The notes beneath the pieces are model-generated. The model ran no database searches and was not told where the DNA came from. It worked only from the letters and a program-made list of their open reading frames with translations. A DNA stretch of 60,508 bases. It comes from a virus. Lineage: Duplodnaviria; Caudoviricetes. The stretch lies in the IMG/VR virus record IMGVR_UViG_3300030085_001554, positions 1 to 60,508 of that record; one strand, 5' to 3'. The position numbers were made by a program, and so were the translations under genes. This document shows, piece by piece, positions 17,701-24,787 of the stretch. How positions within the stretch are numbered: position 1 is the stretch's first letter; the number at the start of each line of letters is the position of its first letter.

Positions 17701-20084
17701 TCACCAAAAGCTTCTAGAGTCTTGAACTTAAAGTTCTTGGTGTAGCCATCGTTCTGCAGTAACCTGTACAGCAGGTCACTAGCTCCGTACATGTTGTGCT
17801 GTAGCGTGTTGGTTATGAACTCGCGCAGCTCACCATTGGCTATACGTATCTCCTCGTCGTTGAGCCTAGACTTCTTATTGATAGGGTAGATAGAACGTCT
17901 AAGAGAGTCAACGAATGTGTTTGACTTTGCAGTAGTAAATGGAGCGACGAACTTCTTGATGATCTCTTTGATGGTTGTACCCTCGTCATCGAAGAAGTTT
18001 GTTCCAAGCTCGTTGTTGTTCACTAGTGCAGATACAATCTCTATGAATCTAGTGTTGTTGATGAACGTCTTCAGCCTGAACTTGTCCTTGCCTTTGGTCT
18101 TGAACACAGCTTGGACACGATCGATACTTTCTTGTTCGGTCACACCAATCTCTATGCCCATCTCCCAAAACAGTCTACCTAAAGCAGCTTGTTGTTTTGT
18201 GTTAAGGTTAGGGCTAAGCAGTATACCTTCTTCTACACTTATTCCAACTTCTTCTGCGAGCTTTTCAATCTTTGCCTGTCGTGCGGGATTCACACGAAAG
18301 CCTCCGCCAGGAAGCTTCCGGAATATTTTCCTCGGTAGAGTAGAATTTTCTTTCCATGTAAGCTCGTATGACCTGAGCACAGACCCATCATTGGGGGAGT
18401 AGATTTTACTACTTACGACTTTGTCTTTCCCAGACTTAGTAGTCTCTACCTCAACGCGTAAGAACTCTTGAGATGCAGTGTTAAATGCGTAGAATAGTGA
18501 GGCTTGTTGGTCTGCCTCTAAGGAGTTAATGAAGTTGTAAACTGACAACATAGAAGGGATACTTTCTCCCTTCTTCTGCAGCTTGGTCAACATCTCAGTA
18601 AAATTGCTAGAGTCTGTAACGATGTTGAGTACAGTTCTGTACACTTCCATTGCAGGTATGTACGTGCGTATGCCTGTGCGGGTAGCGGCGTCGCTATCTA
18701 CAGGAATACGGGACAGAAGTATACGCTGCTTCTGAGTCAGTGTCTTACCCGGGTCCTCCTCAAGCCTAGATATAGAGTAGATACGCTCTTGGCCTTCCTC
18801 GTCTTTGAACTCGACTTCACGTTCAGTAAGTCTCAGTCCAAACTCCTGTAACAAGACAGCAGTGTCACTCCGGAATCCAGTGATCTTACGACCGTTTTCA
18901 TCCTCGAAGTCATACCAGTTATCGTATACAGCTTTGAAGTAGTCTTCTAAACCTATCTTGTCTGGGTTGTCTTCGTACTCATCTTCGAACAGCTTAGAAA
19001 TTAAGTTTCCGTTCTGGTCAAAGATTGGGGGAGAGTCGTAGATATCCTGCTCTAGTTTGTAGTCAATCAGTTCCTGGAGCTTTGACTCGTCTTCATTGGC
19101 TGCGTCGTGCAGTCTTCTCACCTTAGCAAACTCTTGGTAGCTGAGCATGTTACCGTTAGCATCGCTCATAGACAGGCGTAAGAAATAATCTCTTACCTCT
19201 GACCGCCCCTTTACTTTGGGGTCTCCCAAGAGATTCCTAGTCTTACGGCTCATCGCCTTACGTAAACCCTTACGATCTGACGGGTCCACTCTTTTCATCA
19301 GAGCGTCGTAAGAATCTACTATCATAGCAGCACCCACACGGGTGAGCTCCTCGTGCATCTGGATGTCCGTAGCAAACCTTTTAATCATGTTTGCCGTAGT
19401 GCTGCCCTTAAACTGGGTGGCTCCGCGTACGAACTTGGCTGGGATCTTGTTCGACTCTATGAGTCTGTATGCCTGTCTTGTAGTAAGCGGCTTCCCCACC
19501 AACGCTCTAACGTACGCAAGCAAGTCCTTGAAGAACTTAGCTATTCTCTGCCCCATGCCTTTGGGTGCAGACTCTGACATAGAGTAGAAGCGGAACTCTT
19601 CCGCCATCTTTTCTTCTAAGGCCAGCAGTCTGGCATCAGCATCAGATATCTTCTCCTTGAGGTCTTTCCTAGCCCTAGCGATATCCTCAGCTGTGGGCTC
19701 ACCGTATCGCTCTACCGCATCCTTGTACAGTTGTTCTCTCTGAACATCGTTGAGTGTGGTACGGAAGAAGATGTGAAACGCTTCGTGGTACTTAGCATCA
19801 AGAGGAGCAAATTGACTTAAGTGCGCAGCGCCCTCTTGCACATACCCAAATCGTAACCCACTGTCAAGACTCTCTAGTGCATTCTTAATGAAGACACTAT
19901 TGTCTCCAAAACGCTTTTGGAAGTAAGAGTTTACACGATCCGTCTGGTCGATGACAAAGGTAGTTGGGATATTACCTTGGTACTTATCCCACAGGTAATA
20001 CGCAATGTCCTCGTCGAACTTATTGATCAGACCGTCAAACTGTTTCTTGACTTCTGGGTTAGAGAGATTCGGGCAAAATGGCAT
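8742..20084 (-). CDS. Giant virion-packaged RNA polymerase (crAss-type) with two zincin-like HExxH modules
   Basis: Catalytic GSDFDIDKMF (DFDID at 15336-15350) preceded by YRIPQQGKSS, plus STDAQAFI. HEAFH at 19773-19787 and HEAGH at 12564-12578. Size 3780 aa, last gene of the virion module. Confidence 0.9.
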   Translation of the reverse strand: MPFCPNLSNPEVKKQFDGLINKFDEDIAYYLWDKYQGNIPTTFVIDQTDRVNSYFQKRFGDNSVFIKNALESLDSGLRFGYVQEGAAHLSQFAPLDAKYHEAFHIFFRTTLNDVQREQLYKDAVERYGEPTAEDIARARKDLKEKISDADARLLALEEKMAEEFRFYSMSESAPKGMGQRIAKFFKDLLAYVRALVGKPLTTRQAYRLIESNKIPAKFVRGATQFKGSTTANMIKRFATDIQMHEELTRVGAAMIVDSYDALMKRVDPSDRKGLRKAMSRKTRNLLGDPKVKGRSEVRDYFLRLSMSDANGNMLSYQEFAKVRRLHDAANEDESKLQELIDYKLEQDIYDSPPIFDQNGNLISKLFEDEYEDNPDKIGLEDYFKAVYDNWYDFEDENGRKITGFRSDTAVLLQEFGLRLTEREVEFKDEEGQERIYSISRLEEDPGKTLTQKQRILLSRIPVDSDAATRTGIRTYIPAMEVYRTVLNIVTDSSNFTEMLTKLQKKGESIPSMLSVYNFINSLEADQQASLFYAFNTASQEFLRVEVETTKSGKDKVVSSKIYSPNDGSVLRSYELTWKENSTLPRKIFRKLPGGGFRVNPARQAKIEKLAEEVGISVEEGILLSPNLNTKQQAALGRLFWEMGIEIGVTEQESIDRVQAVFKTKGKDKFRLKTFINNTRFIEIVSALVNNNELGTNFFDDEGTTIKEIIKKFVAPFTTAKSNTFVDSLRRSIYPINKKSRLNDEEIRIANGELREFITNTLQHNMYGASDLLYRLLQNDGYTKNFKFKTLEAFGEQEEDEMTNNVVETMNFETLLAARMNAFYNTGRKEAFVAMDTPGDRKRPVLIPIPKLERREQSRAFGMSTFEPALRDGLVLDLIRMQEAREQISAAVEGEGLGILVEGYHYNMVEDEDTGELVPDFSAGSWNKFNVLPKVVEVDSDGIIMNQEEEDLIEGIHYYYTKDKVAEIETDEELTAAFEGLVGEVDAAIEENFVRLARRIGGKVTKKGKVSFPLKSAGYKFLAENVDNKALGRPTEFVRNYALYDYMGRLLSRSMFRAGVNVTKDGKDYVKRAQLITTPGGKPILKGDIPSNPEYGLSPRFNASTIRDVLVSLDPETLDAYKSNIAKILGSEAAAERIVAGYLGMESTDAQAFISPKHFYEIMQGKGEVDASFEEVYRAYVAAEIGEGIWDPSVPISAMKPSYDGPVKRNEAGSDLIVNYSDKTSYIVLTDELVEGIPVLQDLLNRMEARGEFYEGMEPIEVVHAISAQKLAVVPAYEVKTGAEATPGQFAGLNVAEMDSQFLRFPEEVPIKGSKDELGLGHQAKVNMLTNIFAELDYTYNAGLDFAETVKGNQLQDIFHSAVSEKINRALAGVHKELGYDRVLEAKDEAQRQKAIEEFLPKVKAKLESLAREKGFNEGVLEALESLPFGYPTLQSKFDQLIFSIYKNDVYKQRVKGQQMVQFADLGGRFSDLGTIEADASLQENLKFLEVKDNRLAHAQVDVGAGYLVRAGIDPKVIDEARKTGDMSKINEGLKRIMGYRIPQQGKSSLLIMEVRNLLPRSHDGVIRVPPGITAMMGSDFDIDKMFILFPEIENGEKVQVPYGELKDNLEGMSELSNAQLNNVFFDTFEAVASNLNHMHEVVTPLDGPDLKVARDNAPAMFQSKELDIFSTVDAIQSTVDNMLSHRLRGIWADAVLGRNVLFGSQVEEELLEGELMTFIEDDAFTVTTSTLQQNALFEDATGAKRPTDYFMSLHLGSAVDSVKDPLQRAINDSELTAKISTYLYSRGLTPRQVSTYLNHPVVRAVTEKAKKNGQSISKSLLSGTEYKILKFAKPLGDVVLDFEEMRRQTTAYLVEDKTPTKKEYARMLQILQLINREANDLYNLYSAITPFTIDKSGTTAQNLAQFDKIDYYLTKAAGGSVYGGKALLLEILEGDAYRSSRAYWEAIQKALELASDAGFLANQPGYQMFRKAVMNMGKGSPFGEGVQKALLMGVNHHLVTKPGSPLYEQGFLDKTLVQDLLLEGEEEGSILSQLDNIKSILDDKGVFNALIDSLEPAQYEFNNTKKKKDRKRMVYVEYNNRQSRDVGQQNAIIAGWEELYFNLSGIFNEEEAAYANKFARDLLTTAIVTTGFGPGPRSMMNVLPPSILEDIGVTEHYNQEIEQLRMGRTELGVEFQDDFLVHYGAYSYSGETILSEYRKGYLGLVNIPMRIANEETVRWDKDAKSVPPKYMYVRGVGIVKATPKFIGDSTVGDVLFEVVQRRSVKGRFYEHNLRTEEGEPMDGSLVFETRGLKKLKSEDNNAPEKDDVDAEQVKTENEEVAEALGSEELTADNFSGELSEMEKGKSALSDLTSGAKTDLSQEETTKINPLTGLTEGNPTIKQLEEKIFSLQNKIAFDMFFGRNKFEQKQKVEAQIKDLQEQLGELTDDSLALPSKKKSLLNLTVAETPIGAEAKIARLTSSFAAAGVELPVVLTSLPAGTKGMVENGVITLDPAQMSEDTVYHEAGHILIDMLPEEDVRQFAAQVEKTRPDLAAMIRREYENEKLDEFGMLKEILVTAVGLEGARIERKNPSKLRILINRIMRAIGKLFGITPDAAAVLAEKMFAGDIRAMVLTGKRNPRVQKSKQLDERLDDIFEEGYQSLEKQIRMIKRKPSTLQTKAEVLKVKQLQNTLKEISENKNSIKGFLTFASYVHDQVALARAVFNDLQKAKDKPVSKEDALGMLQRIGQVKHTIDTFFSPTDRSRSLVDKLQRAVQDVIGQDLEDGNADYLFSEQILHDLNKSIAELQDLEEEYIETIAPLVADAYAAYIDPNINAKIDEVIAATRANMDTSGMSRDPDYQALKKRKKQIEETAEFDGLDPKQEWKRAVIELKIEKLQAKKLNRDNIIKELTDAHTDKSAFALWLDPMVYSSEANLQMFALALNEGNFGANRKSLAVINEAAEYYREFKDYMGDDTNKAKFFGDLIEVVEVKSRGVKGESLRQLALVQPTNTAGFYLEMQTFLQNLAKDTERPDYDPESEKSKKEYQKWILSKKGRNYFRRKAAWFAENTVEVDNAAAKLLALTNERKELIAQRKVAEDFEKPGEAAILQEYINDLNIRIRSSYDRSTQTYMGELAKPNEEKWQSEKYKKIQRTPELKKMYNFLLETYKEKQQIYGQNNPQHMNPWDNFSYILPSVRQSNVEAIGRLGLKGVIVEAKDAFVRTETDQEMYGAAVDFEGKSERYLPRYYTNPVDEKEVTRDILSSILMFSHRSHQYAEKAKLVGLVNAMADLHKQRRVIQKDDQGATLLDREAVRFKNLFEKYSVDTTATTPGDASNTVNHLMQFIDSAFYGIHKKKIEDKILGMDPTKFVGTINSMAALGSLSFNFLQIGNQFVLDNLMVREEAIAGEFFDNKDLRWAKGMFIKEGAGVGDIGKFAATSKLGKAMLHYDALVEATDSLGRDASNNKFLKAIQTGNLLALQGAVEYETAAVRMLASMKALEGKLVDKNGKVIQTEEGKDANLWDLMVETKNGVELDPRVDMEKSGFNESVFMAKLRGLYKRTNQVKGNFDASTLSRTPFGAFLMLFKNYFIPGWRKRWGHGDIYHRDLELGTVTRGMYISLGSFLRLGHENGYKFSKVWDNTASVDKMNIKRAVTEMGALGTVMLIFSALTSILDDDDEDSYAAAYIAYQARRLQTELLGYINPGEALRMFVAPMAAANRLQKYWDLVTHLALAELPYNVRQAVGAPVSEKLEKEVIYQRDSYWGEEGDRKLWGKVGKVMPIIYGFSTADTKTVEDKIRFFE

Positions 20085-23000
20085 TACTTACAGTCTTTTT
20101 TGTTTTGTTCTCCCTTCTTCTTGGCCTGACCTGCCGGTCTTTTTCTTTTTGCTGCTTTGGATGCAGGTGAGAGAAGGCTAGTTATATCAGCCGGGGGCTT
20201 GGGCTGGGCATTTCGTGTATCCATCTTTGGCTTAGGGGCAGCTACCTCTCCGGTGAGTTCGGAGTCAGACTCAAAGATATCTATTTCGATGCCGAGATCA
20301 TAATAAAAGCTCCCGTTATGCGCCTTACCATCTACCGTAAGAATAGATAACTTATCTCCTTGCGGAGTTTCAAGCTCATTGGGGTCACTTAAGTACTCGA
20401 GGTAACTGTCGTAAGACTGTCCAGTAACCTTAGAAGTATACGGTGCATTAGCATATGCTTCTTCAATGCTGACCTGTCTTCTCTTGTCTAGCAAGGCCTT
20501 GCGGAAGCTGGACAAGAAAGCTTCCTTCATCTTGTTCTGGTAGATGGACATCTCCTTACGCATTGCAGTCTGCTCTTCTTTGGACAGACCTTCTTCGTAA
20601 GGATTGAACTTACTCTTGAACGTATAGCGAACGTTACCTTCGGAGTCAGTAACAGGTATTTCTTCTTCTCCGACCGTCTCCTTCTTCTCTACGAACTTTC
20701 CTACAGAGAAAACAAAGGGCTCTCCCTTGAGCGCCTTAGCCATATCTGTGTTGAAGATTCTGACTACATCTCCATTAGCATGTTTGAAGTAGACAGTAGC
20801 GTTTGCGAACGGCTCTTGCTGTATGTAGATAGTAGTATCAGGGTTCTGGTCGTTTGAGAAACCTACAATCTCTCGAATGCTTTCTACAATGGTACTGGTA
20901 TCCTGTTGCAACAATGCTTCTATTGCACCCACAGCCTGTGAGTCCATCTGTGCAGTCGCTGCAGCTTTGATGCCGTACCCAAATCCGGGTCTGGGAGATA
21001 CGATTACAACTCTACCTGCGCGGATTCCTTCTTTAGGATCAGTCTGTATTCCAAAGATCTCGTCTACCTTATCTGCCTCCTCTTCGTTGTTCTGCATTTC
21101 AGCAGACAGTCGGACTCTACCCTTGTTGTTCATAGCAGCAATGGTGACGTCCTCCATCCCTTCGACAGCTTCTGCAATAGAGAAGAATACTCTTTCACCT
21201 GCTTCGTTTACAGTAGTGACGATGTTACCTGCACGCACACCTTTGATGCGCCCCACTACATCTTCCCCATTTACAATATTCTTTCTCTCCTCTGCTATAG
21301 GCTGTGTAGCGCTAGCACTGGGCACCATTCCGATAAGGACAGTGTCTGCTCCAACTTGTAAGTAAATGCCGATAGGAACGTTGTCGGAGGTTGTTTCGTT
21401 CTCAGAAGACCACTTGGTCTCCAGCACCTTGAACGTAACCTTCATATTCTGAAGGTCTTCTATAGGAGTGTCCTTGATGATCTGACGGTTGATAGGCAGT
21501 GGTACACCGTTGACGTCTTGCTGGTTGATGTCGTTACCTGTGCTTGTCTCCCCGTTCTCGTTAACGATAACATTGTACGTTCCCCGTTCAGTACTCAGCT
21601 CTCCGTTTGCTACACTTACTGCACCAGACTTCTTTCTGTTCTCCAGGTGTCTTTGCTGTTGCTCTTCTTTTGTAGCTGGAGAAGTACCTCTTTGCGCATT
21701 TTGGAGCCTTTGATTGTAGAAGGTTTTTAAGTTTATACCCATTGAGGCAGTTGTAGTTAAGCCCAACTGCCTAAGAGCAAACTTGCTAAACTGTTCCCAT
21801 GATGCTCCCCGCTCTAAGAACAATTCCATAGTGTCTATATACTCCTGGGCTGCTTCTTCTTGAGTTTTAGAATACTTTCCTTCATCATTTAGCAACCCCA
21901 CAGGACGTCCAACATCTACAACATCTAAGTCTTTAGTTTTTCCTAGACCAGAAGCTTGTAGATTTCCGGCAAGACTCATATTTACTTCGTCTTCAAGCTC
22001 ATCTATAGTTGTTGCTTCAAATTCGGTTTTCTTCTTCTTCTTCTTTTTTCCTGTAAGCTCCTCAAGCGCAGAAGGTCCCCTTTCACCTTGCTCTTCTGCA
22101 AGTGCAGCAGCTATCTCTGCTTCTGTGGGGGGTGCGTCTTCTGAAGGATCTTCTTTGATAGCATCTTCTTCACCAGGCACATCTTCTGCCGGACCAACCT
22201 CTTCCTCTGCGGCAGGTGCTTCCTCGGCTGGCTTTTCTTCCTTTTTCTTTTTCTTCTTAGGCTTAGTCTTAGGTTCAGCCTTGGGCTCTGCTCTTGTCAG
22301 CAGCGGGTCAAGCTGCCCATTTCTGGTACGCGCCTCAATAATCTTAGAGTAGATGCTTTTGGTCATCGCATCTTCTTCGTCATTGTATTTACGCTTAAGC
22401 TCAGCGACAGAGAGATACGCAGATTCAGTTTGTATGTCTCTAGCTAAATCGGAGACTTCTTTCTTCCGCTTGGCTATTTCATGTTTGACCTCGGCACTGA
22501 GAGGATTCTCTTCTGTGCTTACAATATCACGCAGGTCTTTTTCTGTCCTTGCATTAGCAAGTCTTTCTCTTGCTTGCTCATCGCGTTGCTGCTGTGCAAT
22601 TGCATCTTCACGTATGCGCTGACGCTCAAGAGCAGCACTTCTGCTTTCTGGACTTGCATAAAGATCATTTACAGTCTGAACTAGCTGCTTATTCTTCTCA
22701 TTAATTCGAATCAGATCTATGGCCTTTGTTGCATAGTCTGGTGCAGCATGTGGCTTTCTACGTTTAACACGCTTTAACCCACGTTCTAACTTATCTCTAA
22801 GTGCTTTGGGATCTCCCTCCAGGTCCTCTTCAGTGATGATGCCTTTGTCAGACTTGTACTCTCCAAGCTCGTTGAGCTCGCTCATAAGGCTGGTAGTACG
22901 AGTACCCCCGTCTTCAATCTCGAAGGCGTATTGTAATGCGTTGCTGCGGAGGTCATTGAAGTCTTGGAGCTGTGCGAGATGCTCTGCTATCTCTTCTTTG

Positions 23001-24787
23001 TCTGCTCTAGCACCTGGTGCAACAGGGGGACTGAACCTAGCATCAAAGTTATCCCGCAGCTCTACAAACCTGAGGATGTCATTTTTGATGCCATTGACCA
23101 GTTTGTTCTTGTCTAAGCTGTCTACGCTGTCCGGGATTCCGTAGTGCTCTCTAAACGTCTGCTCATCTTTAGCCAGCTCTTCGTCTAGCTTCTCCATGAA
23201 CAAGTCTAGCCTACCACCATCAGCAGCCAGCAAAGCTTGTTTCATGACAAGGACAGCTTGCAGATCTCTGTAGGTCTTGTGGTCTCCCTGCTCTAAAGCT
23301 TGGGACATGCGTGCAGCTATGTCTATCTGAGAATCAAGGCTCGCTGCTTTCTGCATGTAGTTGAACATCTCAGGGTCATTGAGCATGTCAACTAACTTGG
23401 TTCTTAATTCTTTCTCGCGCTTCTGAGACTCTCTGCCTGGCTTGAGGTAATGTCTACGTACAGCACCACCACCTCCACCGAGAATACCCACGATGGCACC
23501 GACCATAGTAGAGTCTAAGCCTTCTTTGGTTGAGAACGTAGTAGCATACGCTTCTCCCCAGGCGTCTATTGCTTGTGACAAGGCTCCTTCTGTGCCTGAA
23601 CGCATAAACGGGATTGAGGTTTCACGCAAGAACTGCAGGGTATCTTCTGCCGCCCCTTCTTGTATTGCAAACTGCGTGCTCTCTTGGAAAGACTCAACAA
23701 CAGCGCCTCTTCCCATGGGCTTACCAAAGTTGATCAATGCGCGTTTCGTTGGGGAGAGCTGGTCTACGGTCGACTCGTACAGTTTGGTCTTTTGGTTTTT
23801 TGTTATACCACGACCAAACCCACGGCGGGCATCGAAGTATCTAGGATTAAGTAGAGCTCTGTAGGCAACAACATTACCTAGTCCCACTACCATACTGTTA
23901 AGAGCAAACGCAGTATTAGCTACAGCTTTAGCTTCTTCTTTGGCGTCTAACTTAGTCTGTGCATCTAGGTCTTTTACTTCCACACCAGTGGCAGCAGCAG
24001 CCTGTTCCAACAACTCTTGTTCTTTACGACGCAGTGTTTCACGTGCCTCTACAGAGGCTTCTGCAAACGCAGATGTAAATCCTATGAATGCGTTCTTAGT
24101 TGCATCAATAGCTGGTGCAAGACCCGGACCCTTTGTTATTGCTTTAACAGCATCATCCACTCCTGTAACAGCAGCTTTTGTGAACCTGTGCGCCTTGAGT
24201 CCATTGCTTAAAGCCTTACCTGCCAGACGCACCCCTCCTGCAACTGTAGCAGTACTACCTATCATGCCTGCCAGATATCCAACACCATTCAGCGTTTTGT
24301 CTGCCCAGAAATTGGCGTAGCCGAGAGAAGCTAATCCTACTGCTTCTTGTTCTTCTTTTGTGTAGTAGTTAGGAAAGTTATTTTGCATCCACTCGTTCAT
24401 AGAGTCGACGTTGTTACCTATGACGTTGTCATAAAACTTACTTTTATCCCACTGTCCTACAGACTGAATGATACCTGCTACAAGTCCCGCAGTGCCGTCA
24501 ACGAATGCCCCACCTGCAGTGGTGATCATTTTTGCGGTTCCGTTAAACCACTTCTCTCCTGTGGACTGTCTCTTGGCGCGCTCTTCTTCTAAATCAAGAA
24601 ACGGAGACAAAGGAGCTCCGTATTCTTGATAGCTAGCAATTGGGTCCCTGTACTGAGGGTTAAACTGTGATTGCAATTGAACACCTGCTCCAGGAGATAC
24701 CCTTTTAACTGAAGGAAGTCCAGTGATAGGACTTACCTCAGGTACTTCAGGAAGGCCTGTAAACTCGTTGAGCGTTTGATTCTCCAT
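20084..24787 (-). CDS. Large virion cargo/ejection protein (1567 aa)
   Basis: Directly upstream of the RNAP. Gly/Ala hydrophobic segments (GVGYLAGMIG, MVGAIVGILGGGGG), an ESFQESTQF motif, coiled coils and a Lys/Glu low-complexity linker. Confidence 0.65.
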   Translation of the reverse strand: MENQTLNEFTGLPEVPEVSPITGLPSVKRVSPGAGVQLQSQFNPQYRDPIASYQEYGAPLSPFLDLEEERAKRQSTGEKWFNGTAKMITTAGGAFVDGTAGLVAGIIQSVGQWDKSKFYDNVIGNNVDSMNEWMQNNFPNYYTKEEQEAVGLASLGYANFWADKTLNGVGYLAGMIGSTATVAGGVRLAGKALSNGLKAHRFTKAAVTGVDDAVKAITKGPGLAPAIDATKNAFIGFTSAFAEASVEARETLRRKEQELLEQAAAATGVEVKDLDAQTKLDAKEEAKAVANTAFALNSMVVGLGNVVAYRALLNPRYFDARRGFGRGITKNQKTKLYESTVDQLSPTKRALINFGKPMGRGAVVESFQESTQFAIQEGAAEDTLQFLRETSIPFMRSGTEGALSQAIDAWGEAYATTFSTKEGLDSTMVGAIVGILGGGGGAVRRHYLKPGRESQKREKELRTKLVDMLNDPEMFNYMQKAASLDSQIDIAARMSQALEQGDHKTYRDLQAVLVMKQALLAADGGRLDLFMEKLDEELAKDEQTFREHYGIPDSVDSLDKNKLVNGIKNDILRFVELRDNFDARFSPPVAPGARADKEEIAEHLAQLQDFNDLRSNALQYAFEIEDGGTRTTSLMSELNELGEYKSDKGIITEEDLEGDPKALRDKLERGLKRVKRRKPHAAPDYATKAIDLIRINEKNKQLVQTVNDLYASPESRSAALERQRIREDAIAQQQRDEQARERLANARTEKDLRDIVSTEENPLSAEVKHEIAKRKKEVSDLARDIQTESAYLSVAELKRKYNDEEDAMTKSIYSKIIEARTRNGQLDPLLTRAEPKAEPKTKPKKKKKKEEKPAEEAPAAEEEVGPAEDVPGEEDAIKEDPSEDAPPTEAEIAAALAEEQGERGPSALEELTGKKKKKKKTEFEATTIDELEDEVNMSLAGNLQASGLGKTKDLDVVDVGRPVGLLNDEGKYSKTQEEAAQEYIDTMELFLERGASWEQFSKFALRQLGLTTTASMGINLKTFYNQRLQNAQRGTSPATKEEQQQRHLENRKKSGAVSVANGELSTERGTYNVIVNENGETSTGNDINQQDVNGVPLPINRQIIKDTPIEDLQNMKVTFKVLETKWSSENETTSDNVPIGIYLQVGADTVLIGMVPSASATQPIAEERKNIVNGEDVVGRIKGVRAGNIVTTVNEAGERVFFSIAEAVEGMEDVTIAAMNNKGRVRLSAEMQNNEEEADKVDEIFGIQTDPKEGIRAGRVVIVSPRPGFGYGIKAAATAQMDSQAVGAIEALLQQDTSTIVESIREIVGFSNDQNPDTTIYIQQEPFANATVYFKHANGDVVRIFNTDMAKALKGEPFVFSVGKFVEKKETVGEEEIPVTDSEGNVRYTFKSKFNPYEEGLSKEEQTAMRKEMSIYQNKMKEAFLSSFRKALLDKRRQVSIEEAYANAPYTSKVTGQSYDSYLEYLSDPNELETPQGDKLSILTVDGKAHNGSFYYDLGIEIDIFESDSELTGEVAAPKPKMDTRNAQPKPPADITSLLSPASKAAKRKRPAGQAKKKGEQNKKDCK

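Noticed and set aside
22020-22300. CTT/TTC-rich repeats in the 1567-aa gene
   Set aside because: They simply encode poly-Lys and Glu/Ala/Pro linkers. There is no repeat-spacer structure, so this is not CRISPR or a DGR repeat.
12960-24760. NPLTGL (RNAP linker) and SPITGLP/FTGLP (cargo N-terminus) similarity
   Set aside because: The matches are too short and too few to distinguish from chance without a search.
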